Virus record (IMG/VR): IMGVR_UViG_3300040971_000025
Coordinates: 1 to 36,845 of that record
Reading direction: 5' to 3' (one strand)
DNA length: 36,845 nt
Origin: a virus
Lineage: Duplodnaviria; Caudoviricetes
Shown here: positions 24,157 to 34,356 of the stretch, in pieces
How the letters are laid out: each line of letters opens with the position of its first letter
How positions within the stretch are numbered: the stretch's first letter is position 1
Made by a program: the position numbers and the translations under genes
Notes under the pieces: model-generated
Database searches by the model: none
What the model was told of the DNA's origin: nothing
What the model saw: the letters and a program-made list of their open reading frames with translations, nothing else

Positions 24157-25313
24157 CCGGCCACCCCCGTCATTGTTGCCCTGCATTCAGCCACGCCGAC
24201 GCGGTCCCATGTCAGGGAAACGCGGTCAGCGGCGAAGCGGTGCAGGCAGAGGAAAGAAATTCTGGTCACGTCCGTGAAGCCCAGTGCCGCGCTGATCGTC
24301 AGGTTTTCGCGCCCTGCGCTGCCTGCAGTGGCGTTGGTGATCTTCCGACACACGAAAGCCCCGGATGCCGAGAACGCCGCGATATGCGTCATGCCCGGCA
24401 CGTTCAGCCCCACGTTGCGATAGTTGACATCCTTGATCTCCAGCGTCGTGGCCGAGGACGATGGCTGCGCAGCAAGGGATAGGTCGTGGCGCCTAGAGGG
24501 AATCCAGACCGGGTTCAGCATCCCGGAGCGCCTGTGTATAAACTTGCGGAAAACCCAAGCCTCAGCCCTGTTGTTCACTCGCCAACGGTGATCAGTGGAA
24601 ATGAGCGGGTAATCCGTCCGCGCGAACGTGGCCCAGGCACCAGGGCCAGGGTCAAGCGTCTCAATTCGTCGATCAAAAGTGCGCAGCATCGTTTGTCCGG
24701 GCATCAGCAATTTGTCAGTCAGAACATCGTAGCCAAGATACTGAGTTGCCGAGGCCTCTGTTGCCATGGCAGCATTGTCGGAGACGTGCATCGTGACGGA
24801 GTATCTGGACCGACCTTTCAGGCTATCATCCCTCCGCGCCTGTGCTCCCATCCTGGCCATGCGCAGAGGCATGACGGATGATCCTGCGGGATGGTCCAGA
24901 GTTGTGACCTCGGCCAGCGTCATCGATCCGGAATCAACCGTGTTGACCTCAACGACCTCGTAGGCCGTTGGCGATGAATGGATGATGGCGAGTCCACCAG
25001 CGCGGAAGTCTGCCAACGTGGTGTCAACGGAGATGAGGCCGGAACCGGACGCGAGAGATACGCCAATCTTGACCGCCTCGTGCCAGCATGGCCAACCCCA
25101 CTCACGCCCCTGCCATGCGGCCAGGGCCACGCGGAGTTTCGACAACTCACAGTGGCTGTCGAGCAGGATGGATGCCTCGAAAGACTGCCTCGGCTCCTGA
25201 CGAACCTGCACGCGTTGCTCGGTGCCGTCGTGTGCCTCGATGATGTCCGTCAGCCACTCAAGGCTTTCAACCATCCCGCGTTGTGGGCGCCAGGGCCAGA
25301 CAACGTAACTCAT
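24153..25313 (-). CDS. Distal tail-type protein, 386 aa
   Basis: Follows tape measure; ESLEWLTDII...GTEQR...PRQSF motif. Confidence 0.7.
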   Translation of the reverse strand: MSYVVWPWRPQRGMVESLEWLTDIIEAHDGTEQRVQVRQEPRQSFEASILLDSHCELSKLRVALAAWQGREWGWPCWHEAVKIGVSLASGSGLISVDTTLADFRAGGLAIIHSSPTAYEVVEVNTVDSGSMTLAEVTTLDHPAGSSVMPLRMARMGAQARRDDSLKGRSRYSVTMHVSDNAAMATEASATQYLGYDVLTDKLLMPGQTMLRTFDRRIETLDPGPGAWATFARTDYPLISTDHRWRVNNRAEAWVFRKFIHRRSGMLNPVWIPSRRHDLSLAAQPSSSATTLEIKDVNYRNVGLNVPGMTHIAAFSASGAFVCRKITNATAGSAGRENLTISAALGFTDVTRISFLCLHRFAADRVSLTWDRVGVAECRATMTGVAG

Positions 25314-27961
25314 AGACCCAACATGCGGCGGACTGCCTGCGGGTTTCTGCGGATGTGGTTGAAAATGACCTGCTCGCCCTCGGAGCCGGATAACTCGTTG
25401 GCGATTGCTCCCTTACCAATGGCGTTGACGACCTTGGTGGCCTTCTGTGCGCGGATGCCAGCGGCGATTTCACGGAGCAGCCCGGTCATTTCGGAGTTGC
25501 CACCGCCGCCGCCCAAAGCCTTCATCTGGCCTTCGGTAAAGACGCCCTCGCCTCGCTTGGCGATGATCGGCACTTCGTCACCGACGAGGCCTCCAGTGTG
25601 GTACTTTTTCGCAGCTGAGAAGATTGTGGAGTCAACGGCCCGCATGAATGTCGGCTCGGAACCGGCGATGCCTCCGGCATGGTGACCCGCAGAGTAGAAA
25701 AGGCCGGAAGCGCCAGAGGGGGCAACCGATGGATTGAGCGAAGCGCCGCCGCTGAAATACGAACCGACGGCAGACATGCTCGTCTTGAGCAGGTCGCCAA
25801 GAAAGCTGTACGACTCGCCAGCAAGCGACTTGAACGCCAACCGCGCAATCTCAGCGTTGATGCTGGTCACGAAATCAGCGAACTCGAACTTGCCGGTCTT
25901 CACGAACTCGACGATCATGTCTTCCATGCCTTGGAAAGCCGTGTTCATGACGGATTCGACGGCCATGGCAGAATTCCCAGCCTCATCGACATAGGCCTGC
26001 AATGCCCTGGTCGCCCCGTCCTGCCATTCGCGGGAATACTTCAGTTTCTCGGCTTTGACGTACTGAGCGACGGCTATCTCATCGGCACCGGCACTGCGGT
26101 AGGCATCGGCCTGCGCGTCAATCTGGGCCATTTTGAATTCAGTCTCGCCCAGGACGATCTCTTTGTACTTGTCGGCAAATTCAGTGACGAGGGCGAGGTT
26201 CTTTTCATTGGCGGCGTCCTGCGCGGCCATGCTGTCGGCAATGGCGTCAACGCGCTTGTCCTCGTAGTCGTTCCAATATTTTTCAAGTGCGTCGGCGGCT
26301 TTTTTGCCGTCGGCAATCATCTTGGCGTGCGCGGCTTCGCGGGCCTTGGCTTCGCGTGCTCCGGTGTTTGCGGAAGAGCCACTTTTGCCAGTGGGCGACG
26401 AATTTAAAATTGCGGCTGCTTCTTCCGCACGGCGTGCGTTTCCGGCTGAAATCCTGGCCTGTTCGGTGACTCGATCCGTGGTTTGCTGGTGAACCGTTGT
26501 CGATAATTTCTCTTGTTCACCAATCAACTTATTGAGGTATGCCTCGCTGTCCGCGAACTGCTTCTGGTAATCCAGATACGCCCCCGCGAAATGATCAAAG
26601 CCTTTCTCGCTGTTCCCGATACCGAGCGCAGATCCTGGCCCATATACGCCCATCCCGACAACGGACGCGGCCTGCCCGGCCTTGGCAAGCACCATATTTA
26701 GGGCCGCGCCCATCTGCATGATGTCAAGAATTTCGCTCTTGATTACCCGTGCCCACTTTTCAATCACGTCGGTATTATCAAGTTCGGCATTTACGCCCTT
26801 GAGGGCCGCCGTGTAGGTATCTACAAGGAGAACCATTGCGGGCTGGAATATGGCACCGATTTTGACCTGTGCATCTTCAGAATACCGGGACGTTGACGCC
26901 AACTTTTTGCCGACGGTTGTCAAACTCTCTTCGTAAACACCGGCGATACTCGGGGCCTGCGCAAGAACGGCATTGAGCCGCGATTGCATCTTTTCGTTTT
27001 CGTTCAGGTCGGCAGTATTTTTCCCGAGTTGCTCGGCTGTCTTCTTGTAGCTATTCTCGAAACTCACGTTGATGCCGATGGTCCGCAGGACTTCAACCTG
27101 GGCAGATTTGATGCCAAAGATCATCTGCTTGAATGCTTCGGAAGAATTGACGTTGCCAACGACAGCTGCATCTTGCGCCATCCGCGCCAACTGTGAAGCC
27201 TTGGAAAGGTCCATGTTGGCGCTGGCCATTGCCGACAAGTTGTTGCGGCTCTCAATGGCCGTGATGCCAGTCTTGCGCAATGAGGCTTCAAATTGGTCCA
27301 TTTCGGCCCGCGTGTATCCGGCATTATTCCCGACAACGCCCATCACGACGCCAAGCGTCTCATAGCGGGCGGCCAGCATTGCCGATTCCTTCAGTCCGCC
27401 TACCATACCAACCATCTCGGAAGTAATCTTCGCTAGGGCCATGCCAGCGAAGACTCCAGCGGCAGTCTGGGCGATGGTGGCGAGACCACCAACCGCCTTT
27501 TCTGCCTGCTGCGTGACTCCGGTAACGGCGCTTATGCCGGCGGCACTCACGCCCATTTGGCGGCCTAGCCTTTGGATCTCGTCAGTAGACAATCCGGCTG
27601 CCCTGGCGATATTCCGCAGCGCCTGTTCCTGCTTCTGCGCTGATGCCGTCTGGAGCATCTTGGCCTGAAGGCTTGCAAATTGGGTTTCGGAAAGGCCGGT
27701 AAGCCGCCGCAACTCGCCAAGGTCAGCGCCCATAACGCCAAACTCTTTCCCGGTCAGCTTTGACGCGTTGGAAAGCGTGTTCAGGTCGCGGACAAGGCCA
27801 TTGATGGATGATTTGAGTTGAGCCGGGGAGAGAGCATTGTTCAGCGCATTGGACATGCCCTGCGCTTGCTCGGTGACGACTTGACGGGCCGCCGCCAACT
27901 CTTTTTTGAGCTGGGTAGAGTCGCCTCGAATTTCGACGTATATTCCGGAAATTTTAGCCAT
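25310..27961 (-). CDS. Tail tape measure protein, 883 aa
   Basis: Long Ala-rich helical protein; lambda-type C-terminal AFQGMEDMIVEFVKTGK. Confidence 0.92.
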   Translation of the reverse strand: MAKISGIYVEIRGDSTQLKKELAAARQVVTEQAQGMSNALNNALSPAQLKSSINGLVRDLNTLSNASKLTGKEFGVMGADLGELRRLTGLSETQFASLQAKMLQTASAQKQEQALRNIARAAGLSTDEIQRLGRQMGVSAAGISAVTGVTQQAEKAVGGLATIAQTAAGVFAGMALAKITSEMVGMVGGLKESAMLAARYETLGVVMGVVGNNAGYTRAEMDQFEASLRKTGITAIESRNNLSAMASANMDLSKASQLARMAQDAAVVGNVNSSEAFKQMIFGIKSAQVEVLRTIGINVSFENSYKKTAEQLGKNTADLNENEKMQSRLNAVLAQAPSIAGVYEESLTTVGKKLASTSRYSEDAQVKIGAIFQPAMVLLVDTYTAALKGVNAELDNTDVIEKWARVIKSEILDIMQMGAALNMVLAKAGQAASVVGMGVYGPGSALGIGNSEKGFDHFAGAYLDYQKQFADSEAYLNKLIGEQEKLSTTVHQQTTDRVTEQARISAGNARRAEEAAAILNSSPTGKSGSSANTGAREAKAREAAHAKMIADGKKAADALEKYWNDYEDKRVDAIADSMAAQDAANEKNLALVTEFADKYKEIVLGETEFKMAQIDAQADAYRSAGADEIAVAQYVKAEKLKYSREWQDGATRALQAYVDEAGNSAMAVESVMNTAFQGMEDMIVEFVKTGKFEFADFVTSINAEIARLAFKSLAGESYSFLGDLLKTSMSAVGSYFSGGASLNPSVAPSGASGLFYSAGHHAGGIAGSEPTFMRAVDSTIFSAAKKYHTGGLVGDEVPIIAKRGEGVFTEGQMKALGGGGGNSEMTGLLREIAAGIRAQKATKVVNAIGKGAIANELSGSEGEQVIFNHIRRNPQAVRRMLGL

Positions 27962-28340
27962 TGCTTGCCCCTCCCTTGAACTTGACTACAGCGTGGCGGA
28001 TGCCCTTTTCTAGCGCAGGGCGAAGGAATGGCTTTGGAGGAACGCGTCTGCCCTCAAGTTTTCCTGGAGGGATTGCGACGTGGCCATATTCGACAAGATG
28101 GGCGTGCGGCGCGCGGGCTTGAACAATCCACCCGCCGTCCTCAAATTTTGACTCTTTGAGTTTGATGCTTTTCCTGAGCTTTCCGGTCTTATCCTGGAAC
28201 GCGGCGCTTGCCTGAGCCTCGCGCTCGACAAATTGCGCCGTCTCCTCAAGATTCTGGTCAATGGCGTCCATGATATCGCCAAGTTGGGCGTCCAGCCCGT
28301 CCAACTCCATGACAGATACCCTTGCAGACATGAGCGCCAT
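27954..28340 (-). CDS. HK97 gp10-like tail component
   Basis: TGKLRKSI, HAHLVEYGH, PKPFLRPALE motifs. Confidence 0.85.
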   Translation of the reverse strand: MALMSARVSVMELDGLDAQLGDIMDAIDQNLEETAQFVEREAQASAAFQDKTGKLRKSIKLKESKFEDGGWIVQARAPHAHLVEYGHVAIPPGKLEGRRVPPKPFLRPALEKGIRHAVVKFKGGASNG

Positions 28341-28341
28341 T

Positions 28342-28668
28342 TTAACCCCCAAAAAGCCTATCAAGTTCGCGTTCGATTTCTGCGTCGGTCAGTTCGCGTT
28401 CCGGCTCCGATGGCCCATGCAGGAAGTCTTTCTTTCGCGCAGGCTTCCCGTTGATTGTCACACCCCCTGACGCGGCCACCACTTCGCAAAGCGATGCGTG
28501 GCTGTCGTCTAGGAACTTAAATCCCCATGGCTCCACCGCGTAGTATTCTTCCCACTCCTTCATCTGCTTCATGCTTAAGAGCGGCAGCAGATAATCCGGA
28601 TGCGGGTAGCCGAGTTCTAAAGCGAGCCTGAAGGCGAATCTTCTTCCAGGCCCGCCTCCGCGTTTTTT
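28342..28668 (-). CDS. Tail assembly chaperone, -1 frame extension (gpT-like)
   Basis: Open -1 frame from the slippery site: RGGGPGRRFAFRLALELGYPHPDYLLPLLSMKQMKEWEEYYAVEPWG... Confidence 0.8.
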   Translation of the reverse strand, partial: KKRGGGPGRRFAFRLALELGYPHPDYLLPLLSMKQMKEWEEYYAVEPWGFKFLDDSHASLCEVVAASGGVTINGKPARKKDFLHGPSEPERELTDAEIERELDRLFGG

Positions 28669-28991
28669 TCGTCAACCGCAGGGAAGTTGAGCCGGAAGGA
28701 TGCGGCAACGAGCGCGTCCTGTGTCTTCCGATTCATGGTCTGGAAATCATCGACCGTGAGCAGCCTTTCCCCGGCATCGTCCACGCAGGCCCACGAAGCG
28801 ACGGTCAAAAGGAACATCCTGTCGTCGAGATCGCCTTTTTCCTGCTTCTCTTTGGCAAAATCGCTGCACATGACGGCGTAGTCGATTGCGCCAAGTTCGA
28901 TGACGCGAATCTCGCCAACGGGCACCTTGACCAGTTCTTCCTTGCGTGAGACCGCCCCCAAGAGGGCGGCCTTGTCGTTGATGATCGCCAT
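28617..28991 (-). CDS. Tail assembly chaperone (gpG-like)
   Basis: Follows tail tube gene; ACVDDAGERLL motif; slippery site near 3' end. Confidence 0.8.
   Translation of the reverse strand: MAIINDKAALLGAVSRKEELVKVPVGEIRVIELGAIDYAVMCSDFAKEKQEKGDLDDRMFLLTVASWACVDDAGERLLTVDDFQTMNRKTQDALVAASFRLNFPAVDEKNAEAGLEEDSPSGSL
28662..28668 (-). other. -1 ribosomal frameshift heptamer A AAA AAC
   Basis: GAA AAA AAC codons in frame with the chaperone. Confidence 0.8.
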
Positions 28992-28992
28992 A

Positions 28993-29646
28993 CTAGGACA
29001 CCGTCACGGCGCCGGAGACACGGAGTTCAGCGGTGCCCGTCTGGATTCCGTTGACCGTCGAATCCGGGATGGTGGGGAACTTCAGGAAGCCTCCGTTGAA
29101 CGTGCGGGTCTTGCTCGGACTCTCCATCTTGAAGTTGGCGTTACCGGAGGCGAGGAACAGCGCTAGAGCTGCGGCCTGGCCGGGGTCGCTCTCCAGGATG
29201 TGGATCTGGAAGGAAAGCGTGCCGTTGTCGGCCAGACCGAACTTGTACTCCATGGCGTCGGAGTCCAAGTCGCTGGCGTCGATCTCGGTGACGGACGCAC
29301 CGGAAGGAGAAATGCCCTTGATTTCCTTGATCTGCGTCCAGGCGTTCGGGGTCGCCGTGCCGCCGGAAGTGTAGGTCAGTCCGACAGTGTTGGCCTCGAT
29401 GCAGAAGGTGTTCGCGGTCACGTTTTTTACCACGAAAGACTTGCCGTTCAGCCCGTTCGTGGCGTCGGTGCCCATGGTTCCGGTAATGGACGCAATGGCT
29501 ACGACATCGCCATTTGACAGGCCGTGAGCGGTGCTGGTCAGGATCGTGGGAAATCCGGCGACGGCGGCGGAAAGGGTCTTGGCGGACCCACCTGTTCCGG
29601 CGATGGAAAGTTTCGTTTTCTGTGCGAGTTGCGCGTTGACGCTCAT
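28993..29646 (-). CDS. Major tail tube protein
   Basis: EIDASDLDSDAMEYKFGLADNG motif; beta-barrel insertion HGLSNGDVV...LNGKSFVV. Confidence 0.85.
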   Translation of the reverse strand: MSVNAQLAQKTKLSIAGTGGSAKTLSAAVAGFPTILTSTAHGLSNGDVVAIASITGTMGTDATNGLNGKSFVVKNVTANTFCIEANTVGLTYTSGGTATPNAWTQIKEIKGISPSGASVTEIDASDLDSDAMEYKFGLADNGTLSFQIHILESDPGQAAALALFLASGNANFKMESPSKTRTFNGGFLKFPTIPDSTVNGIQTGTAELRVSGAVTVS

Positions 29647-29660
29647 GATGATTGCTCCTT

Positions 29661-30014
29661 CTAGTCCTCAGACCAGATAGAAAATTCAGTGATGACGTGG
29701 TAATCTTTGACCACTTCGTTGTATTCGCCGTCCATCTGCCCGATCTTCACGTTCGGGATCGTGGACGCGGCCAGTGCCGCAGAAACAGCAGCGGCCAAGC
29801 CCTTGGCCCCGCCGTATGATTTCGCAAAACAGTCAATCTGCATTCGCTTGTTTGTGAGCCCCGCGTATCCGTCGAGAACAGCCTCGGGGATGCCGATGAT
29901 CTCCTGAAAGCAGATGTACGGATGCGTGATCGTGGCCGACGTATTGACCATGGGCCAGCATCCACCAGCAGCAAGCGGTGCAAGCAGGGCTTGGAGTGCT
30001 GATTCTGTGCTCAT
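29661..30014 (-). CDS. Tail terminator (DUF3168-like)
   Basis: PYICFQ and RMQIDCFAKSY motifs; position. Confidence 0.8.
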   Translation of the reverse strand: MSTESALQALLAPLAAGGCWPMVNTSATITHPYICFQEIIGIPEAVLDGYAGLTNKRMQIDCFAKSYGGAKGLAAAVSAALAASTIPNVKIGQMDGEYNEVVKDYHVITEFSIWSED

Positions 30015-30343
30015 GATGCTTTGAGTGCCCTGGCCATGACTTCGTGCTCCATACCCAGTGATTTTATGTCCACTGGTTGCCCTAAAATCTCATAAAGCGT
30101 ACCCTTGAAGAGTATCACCATGCTTGAGTTGATCCCCGCCAAATAGCGGTGCTTGAACTTGATCTCAGCCGTGGATTGTCCAGCCATGGAGGTGAGGAGG
30201 TCTTTTCCGGAAAGCGGCGATGCCTCTGCCCTGCGCTCGCCAAAGTCAGCCCACGTTTCGACCGGGCCGCCGTATTCGTCCAGGGTTTGGGATTTGACGC
30301 GGTAGGTGATGATGTGGCGGAGGGAGCCGGAGCGGATCATCAC
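30011..30343 (-). CDS. Head closure protein (SPP1 gp16-like)
   Basis: GSLRHIIT...DEYGG...W motif. Confidence 0.85.
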   Translation of the reverse strand: MMIRSGSLRHIITYRVKSQTLDEYGGPVETWADFGERRAEASPLSGKDLLTSMAGQSTAEIKFKHRYLAGINSSMVILFKGTLYEILGQPVDIKSLGMEHEVMARALKAS

Positions 30344-30900
30344 ATTCCTCCAAACACGATATGGGCGTCCAAAAGGCTGTCCACGAACGTCCTTGACAAC
30401 TCGGACACATTACCAGCCGTCAAGGACTCTCGCTGCGCATAGAGGCTCGCCACCCTGATCAAAAGCCACTGCTTGAGCGCAGGGGGGAAGTTTGCAGATG
30501 TCCAGCCTGCGACGTACCGGACCCGCACGGCGTTGATCTTGTCCGCAGTTTCTGGCCATTCGTCGGCAACGATGCGGCCCACAATAGAGTCAGCGTCCAC
30601 GGTGTATCCGGTGCTTGCCATGGTCTGCTCAACGCCGTCAGCGTCGAGGTATTTAATGGACGTGACGGACGTAACCGGTGACGCCGGAAGTTCAATGGCC
30701 CCACTTGGAAACGAGTCCAGGACCACTTCCAGCGCCTTCGGAGCCCAACTCCGACCCGTCAAAGACTCGCCATGCTCCCGCGCCGCACTGATCAGGACAG
30801 CCAGAAGCGCGTCATCTGCGGAGTGCTCGATATATGCTTGCGCCTTCGCCTCTGCGATAGTGACGGGCTCGACGGTCGGGGCGGTGACGAGTTTGAGCAT
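30340..30900 (-). CDS. Head-tail connector (HK97 gp6 / phiE125 gp8-like)
   Basis: EPVTIAEAK, LISAAREHGESLTGR, VASLYAQRE. Confidence 0.88.
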   Translation of the reverse strand: MLKLVTAPTVEPVTIAEAKAQAYIEHSADDALLAVLISAAREHGESLTGRSWAPKALEVVLDSFPSGAIELPASPVTSVTSIKYLDADGVEQTMASTGYTVDADSIVGRIVADEWPETADKINAVRVRYVAGWTSANFPPALKQWLLIRVASLYAQRESLTAGNVSELSRTFVDSLLDAHIVFGGM

Positions 30901-30902
30901 GG

Positions 30903-31070
30903 CTATTCCTTGGGCTTTTTCGCTGGCTTCACTTCTTCGGCGCCGTAATGCTTGATCGCCATCTTCCCGACAGATTCGGGCACTTCAACGGCTTCGCCTG
31001 GGTCGAACGTGGTGACAGTCAGGCCCTTGTCGAGGCTCGCCTGAATATGTCGATCGCATTTGATGATCAT
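30903..31070 (-). CDS. Small hypothetical protein, 55 aa (MIIKCDRHIQASLD...)
   Basis: GGAGG RBS; read manually; post-capsid position. Confidence 0.6.
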   Translation of the reverse strand: MIIKCDRHIQASLDKGLTVTTFDPGEAVEVPESVGKMAIKHYGAEEVKPAKKPKE

Positions 31071-31080
31071 GTTTCCTCCG

Positions 31081-31107
31081 AAAAAAGGGGCGGGGTTCCC
31101 GCCCCTT
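31081..31107 (-). terminator. Terminator after capsid gene
   Basis: AAGGGGCGG-GGTTC-CCGCCCCTT with A-run on its left. Confidence 0.8.
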
Positions 31108-31112
31108 CGTGA

Positions 31113-32312
31113 TTATTCAGCAGGGTTCTGGAAGACCTTCACGGCCCCGCCGACGTCCATGTAGTTGCCGCCGGAGCGCAGGAAGGCGAGGAAGCCGACC
31201 TGGCCCTTCTTGGCAAAAGCGGAGTCGTCGAAGCGGTGATAGGTCAGAGACATGACATCACGGATGACGTACTTGGACAGGTCGCCAAACACGACTGACT
31301 TTGCAGAGGCGGCGGGAACGGCCACGTCCTGGTTGATCTGGTAGCCGTAGCCGAGGATGGTTGCCGGGGCGTTGCCAGCAACGTCAGGGAGCCACAGGGG
31401 GCGGTTCTGGGAGTCCAGGAGCTTTTTGATGAGCTTCAGCACGGTGTCACTGAACATCCACTTGCCGTTCACGCGGTATGCAGGATCAACGCTGTGTTCA
31501 AGATCGACCAGATCATTATAGATTACGGACGCAATCTGCCCGGTAGCGCCGGTTTTGCCGACAGATGCGCCAGCAACAATGCCGGTAGGCTTGCTGGAGC
31601 CGTCGCCAACAGTGAAGTGGGTGTTGGTGATGCGGCCAAGGCGCTGGGCGATACGGCTACGAACGAAAGCTTCCATGTCGACTGAAGAGTCCATCAGCAA
31701 TTCGATGGGAACGGTGACAACCTTGGAACTGTACTTGTAAACCGGGAGGGCCTTGGTTCCAAAGCTCGGATCTGCGTCAGCAGCAGCGGCGTTTTCAGCC
31801 AGGATTTCACCAGTCTCGGAAGTGCCGTCAGAGGTCGGCCAGGACATGGGGTTGCCCTGCGCGGTGCGGATGACGGTCGCCACGTTGCGCATCCCGCCAA
31901 AAGCCTTGAGCGCATCAAGGACCACAGAAGCCACTTCTTCGGCTACGGTATATCCGCCCTGCCCGTCGGTCGTGGTGCTCATGGTGTTGCGGATCTGGGT
32001 CCAGTCTTCGGCAGACATGGCCTTATCACCACCGCGCATCCACTTGTCGAGCAGCGCGCTCGCAGATGGGCCTTCCTTGCTACCCTTGCGCGCGACATGC
32101 TCGGCGGCATTGATCACCGCCACTTCTTCGGCGGCAAACTGGATGATGCGCTCTTCGCGGGCGAGGCGTTCATCGAGGTTGGTGATGTCGGATTCAAGCT
32201 CGTTCAGCTTGGCGACAACCTCTTCGGAGAGTTTGCCGGGGTTGTTGTCCAGGGTGTTGCGATATTCGCGGGCCTTTGCCGTCCGCTCTTCGCGGAGATT
32301 CTGGATGCTCAT
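31113..32312 (-). CDS. HK97-fold major capsid protein
   Basis: N-terminal coiled-coil delta domain, GGYTVA, IELLMDS, FGDLSKY, GQVGF. Confidence 0.95.
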   Translation of the reverse strand: MSIQNLREERTAKAREYRNTLDNNPGKLSEEVVAKLNELESDITNLDERLAREERIIQFAAEEVAVINAAEHVARKGSKEGPSASALLDKWMRGGDKAMSAEDWTQIRNTMSTTTDGQGGYTVAEEVASVVLDALKAFGGMRNVATVIRTAQGNPMSWPTSDGTSETGEILAENAAAADADPSFGTKALPVYKYSSKVVTVPIELLMDSSVDMEAFVRSRIAQRLGRITNTHFTVGDGSSKPTGIVAGASVGKTGATGQIASVIYNDLVDLEHSVDPAYRVNGKWMFSDTVLKLIKKLLDSQNRPLWLPDVAGNAPATILGYGYQINQDVAVPAASAKSVVFGDLSKYVIRDVMSLTYHRFDDSAFAKKGQVGFLAFLRSGGNYMDVGGAVKVFQNPAE

Positions 32313-32372
32313 GTAATTCCTCCATGAGTGTATCCCCGCGCCAATGACGGCACGGGCCTAAATTGTTCTTGC

Positions 32373-33083
32373 CTATCTTCCCGTGTCTTCGACGATGAAG
32401 AGGCGTTTTTCAAAACGCTCCCGGTGCTGCGCGGAATCGTCGTCTTGATTTTTGAGTGCAGCCGGCGCGTGCTCGTAAGCGGACAAATCCCACTTCGTGC
32501 AGTCCGCAGGCTTGCCGTCGAAAACAGAGTCGATGAACCCGAAGTCCATGGCTTCCTGAGCGGTCATCCATGTTTCGGCGGCCATCATCTCTTTGATGGA
32601 ATCGGCGTCTTTCCCGGACTTGGCGACATAATCTGCGATGATGGAGTCATCCACCTTGTCGAGCAGCGCGGCCAGGTCGCGCAATTCTCCAGAGTTTCCA
32701 ATAACCCCGGCCCATGCCTGGTGGATCATGAAGAACGAGCCCTGCGCCATTTCCACGGACGATGCGGCCAGGGCCACATAGGTGGCGGCGGACGCGCATA
32801 CGCCGTCAATGTGGGCAACCACAGACTTTCCGCACTGCTTCAATGCCGTGGCAATGGTGCGGGCCTCAAACACATCACCGCCGGGGGAATTGATGCGCAG
32901 ATGGATGGTCTTGGCGTCGATTCCGGCCAGTGCCTTGCAAAAGTCCTTCGCGCTGACGCCGTACCAATCACCAATGGCGTCATACAAATAGAGAGTGGCC
33001 TCATCGCCTTTCTTTTCGGCGCGGATGGGACAGCCCTTCTCGGCGTTACTCTTCAACAGCTGCATCAGTTTGCTTTTCAGCAT
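32373..33083 (-). CDS. ClpP-type prohead protease
   Basis: RINSPGGDVF, DGVCASAAT, FMIHQAW, ETWMTAQEA. Confidence 0.93.
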   Translation of the reverse strand: MLKSKLMQLLKSNAEKGCPIRAEKKGDEATLYLYDAIGDWYGVSAKDFCKALAGIDAKTIHLRINSPGGDVFEARTIATALKQCGKSVVAHIDGVCASAATYVALAASSVEMAQGSFFMIHQAWAGVIGNSGELRDLAALLDKVDDSIIADYVAKSGKDADSIKEMMAAETWMTAQEAMDFGFIDSVFDGKPADCTKWDLSAYEHAPAALKNQDDDSAQHRERFEKRLFIVEDTGR

Positions 33084-34356
33084 TCTGTTCTCCTTTGCCC
33101 TGCGGCACATAAAGTTTGTCGCCGCCGCTCATGGGCGGGAGCCCTTCGGCCTGACGCACGTCATTCTGTGTCATCCATCCCGGCGCCTGCGTGCCGCCGA
33201 GTGCGGCCTTGAAATATTCTGCGCGGGTCTTGGTGTCGCCTCGCGTCAGTTCTGTTTCGTCGAACTCGGCCCGGAATTCGGAATTCGGGAAGAGCTTGAC
33301 GGCAACTTCCTGCTCGATGTCGGTCAGGTGATCGTTCAGCGTAAACATGACAAACCACCGCGCCATCTGCTCGACGCCGGAACCCCAAGATGAGGTCTTC
33401 TCGGTCTCGCCAATCATGACCGGTGGGACTCCGAAGAATCGGGCGATGTCAATGACGCTGAACTGGCGAGTCTCCAGAAGCTGGGCGTCCTCGGCATTGA
33501 GCGCCAATGTCTGGGCGGTTCCGCCCTCGGTCAGGATGAGCGGGCTGTGATGGTTTGCCGTCCCTGCGTGCCTGCTCGCGATATACGCCTTGAGCTTGTC
33601 CTGGGCCTCTGCGTTCAGCTTCTGGGGATAGGAGAGCGCCAGTTGGCTCACCATGCCGTTCTCGAAGAGTTTGGCCGCGCTCTCCTCCGCAGAGAGCGAA
33701 AGCCCCATGGCCTGAGAGCCAGCAGCCACGGTTGACATACCCGTCTTGCCGTCAAAATTTATGTTTGGAACGTGGATCATGTCGTCACGATCGAAAACGC
33801 TCTGCGTTCCGTTGTCCCACATCACGGCGTAATAGAGCCGGTGCGGGTCAACGCCGTACTTTTCATCCATGTGTAGTTCATAGGCCTGGTACACTGTCAC
33901 GCGGGGAGACCGGAACGGGACAAGCCCTATTGCGCGGCCAGAAGGCTTCGCTCTGAGAATCGCGGCATAGGCGTTCCCGTTGAGCACCTTTTGCATGGCC
34001 ATGACCTTCCAGAACGTGCTGGCGGTCATGTACTCGTTTGGGCGCAGGGAAAGGAGCCGCTGCAATGGATGCTTCGCAACTTCGCGGCCCGTGTCGGTCT
34101 GTTTGTAGACCAGCAGCGGAGCGGATGCGATTGCGCCGGAAATGAGCCGCACGCAGGCGAACACGGCAGAGCACCGCATTGCTGATTCTGGGCTCTTGAC
34201 GCTGATAGACCCGTAGTTTCCGCCGTGGATCATCTCAAGAAACGCTTGAGAATCGCGCATGGGGATTTCGTTCTGGATGGTCGCCAGGCGCGTTTCCAGA
34301 TCGGCTACTTTCGCCGCCAAGTCTTCGTCAGGCTTCTTTTTTGTCCAGAGCATCAT
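33046..34356 (-). CDS. HK97-family portal protein
   Basis: SAVFACVRLISGAIA, RPNEYMT, DAQLLETRQF, IARFFGVPP. Confidence 0.95.
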   Translation of the reverse strand: MMLWTKKKPDEDLAAKVADLETRLATIQNEIPMRDSQAFLEMIHGGNYGSISVKSPESAMRCSAVFACVRLISGAIASAPLLVYKQTDTGREVAKHPLQRLLSLRPNEYMTASTFWKVMAMQKVLNGNAYAAILRAKPSGRAIGLVPFRSPRVTVYQAYELHMDEKYGVDPHRLYYAVMWDNGTQSVFDRDDMIHVPNINFDGKTGMSTVAAGSQAMGLSLSAEESAAKLFENGMVSQLALSYPQKLNAEAQDKLKAYIASRHAGTANHHSPLILTEGGTAQTLALNAEDAQLLETRQFSVIDIARFFGVPPVMIGETEKTSSWGSGVEQMARWFVMFTLNDHLTDIEQEVAVKLFPNSEFRAEFDETELTRGDTKTRAEYFKAALGGTQAPGWMTQNDVRQAEGLPPMSGGDKLYVPQGKGEQNAEKQTDAAVEE

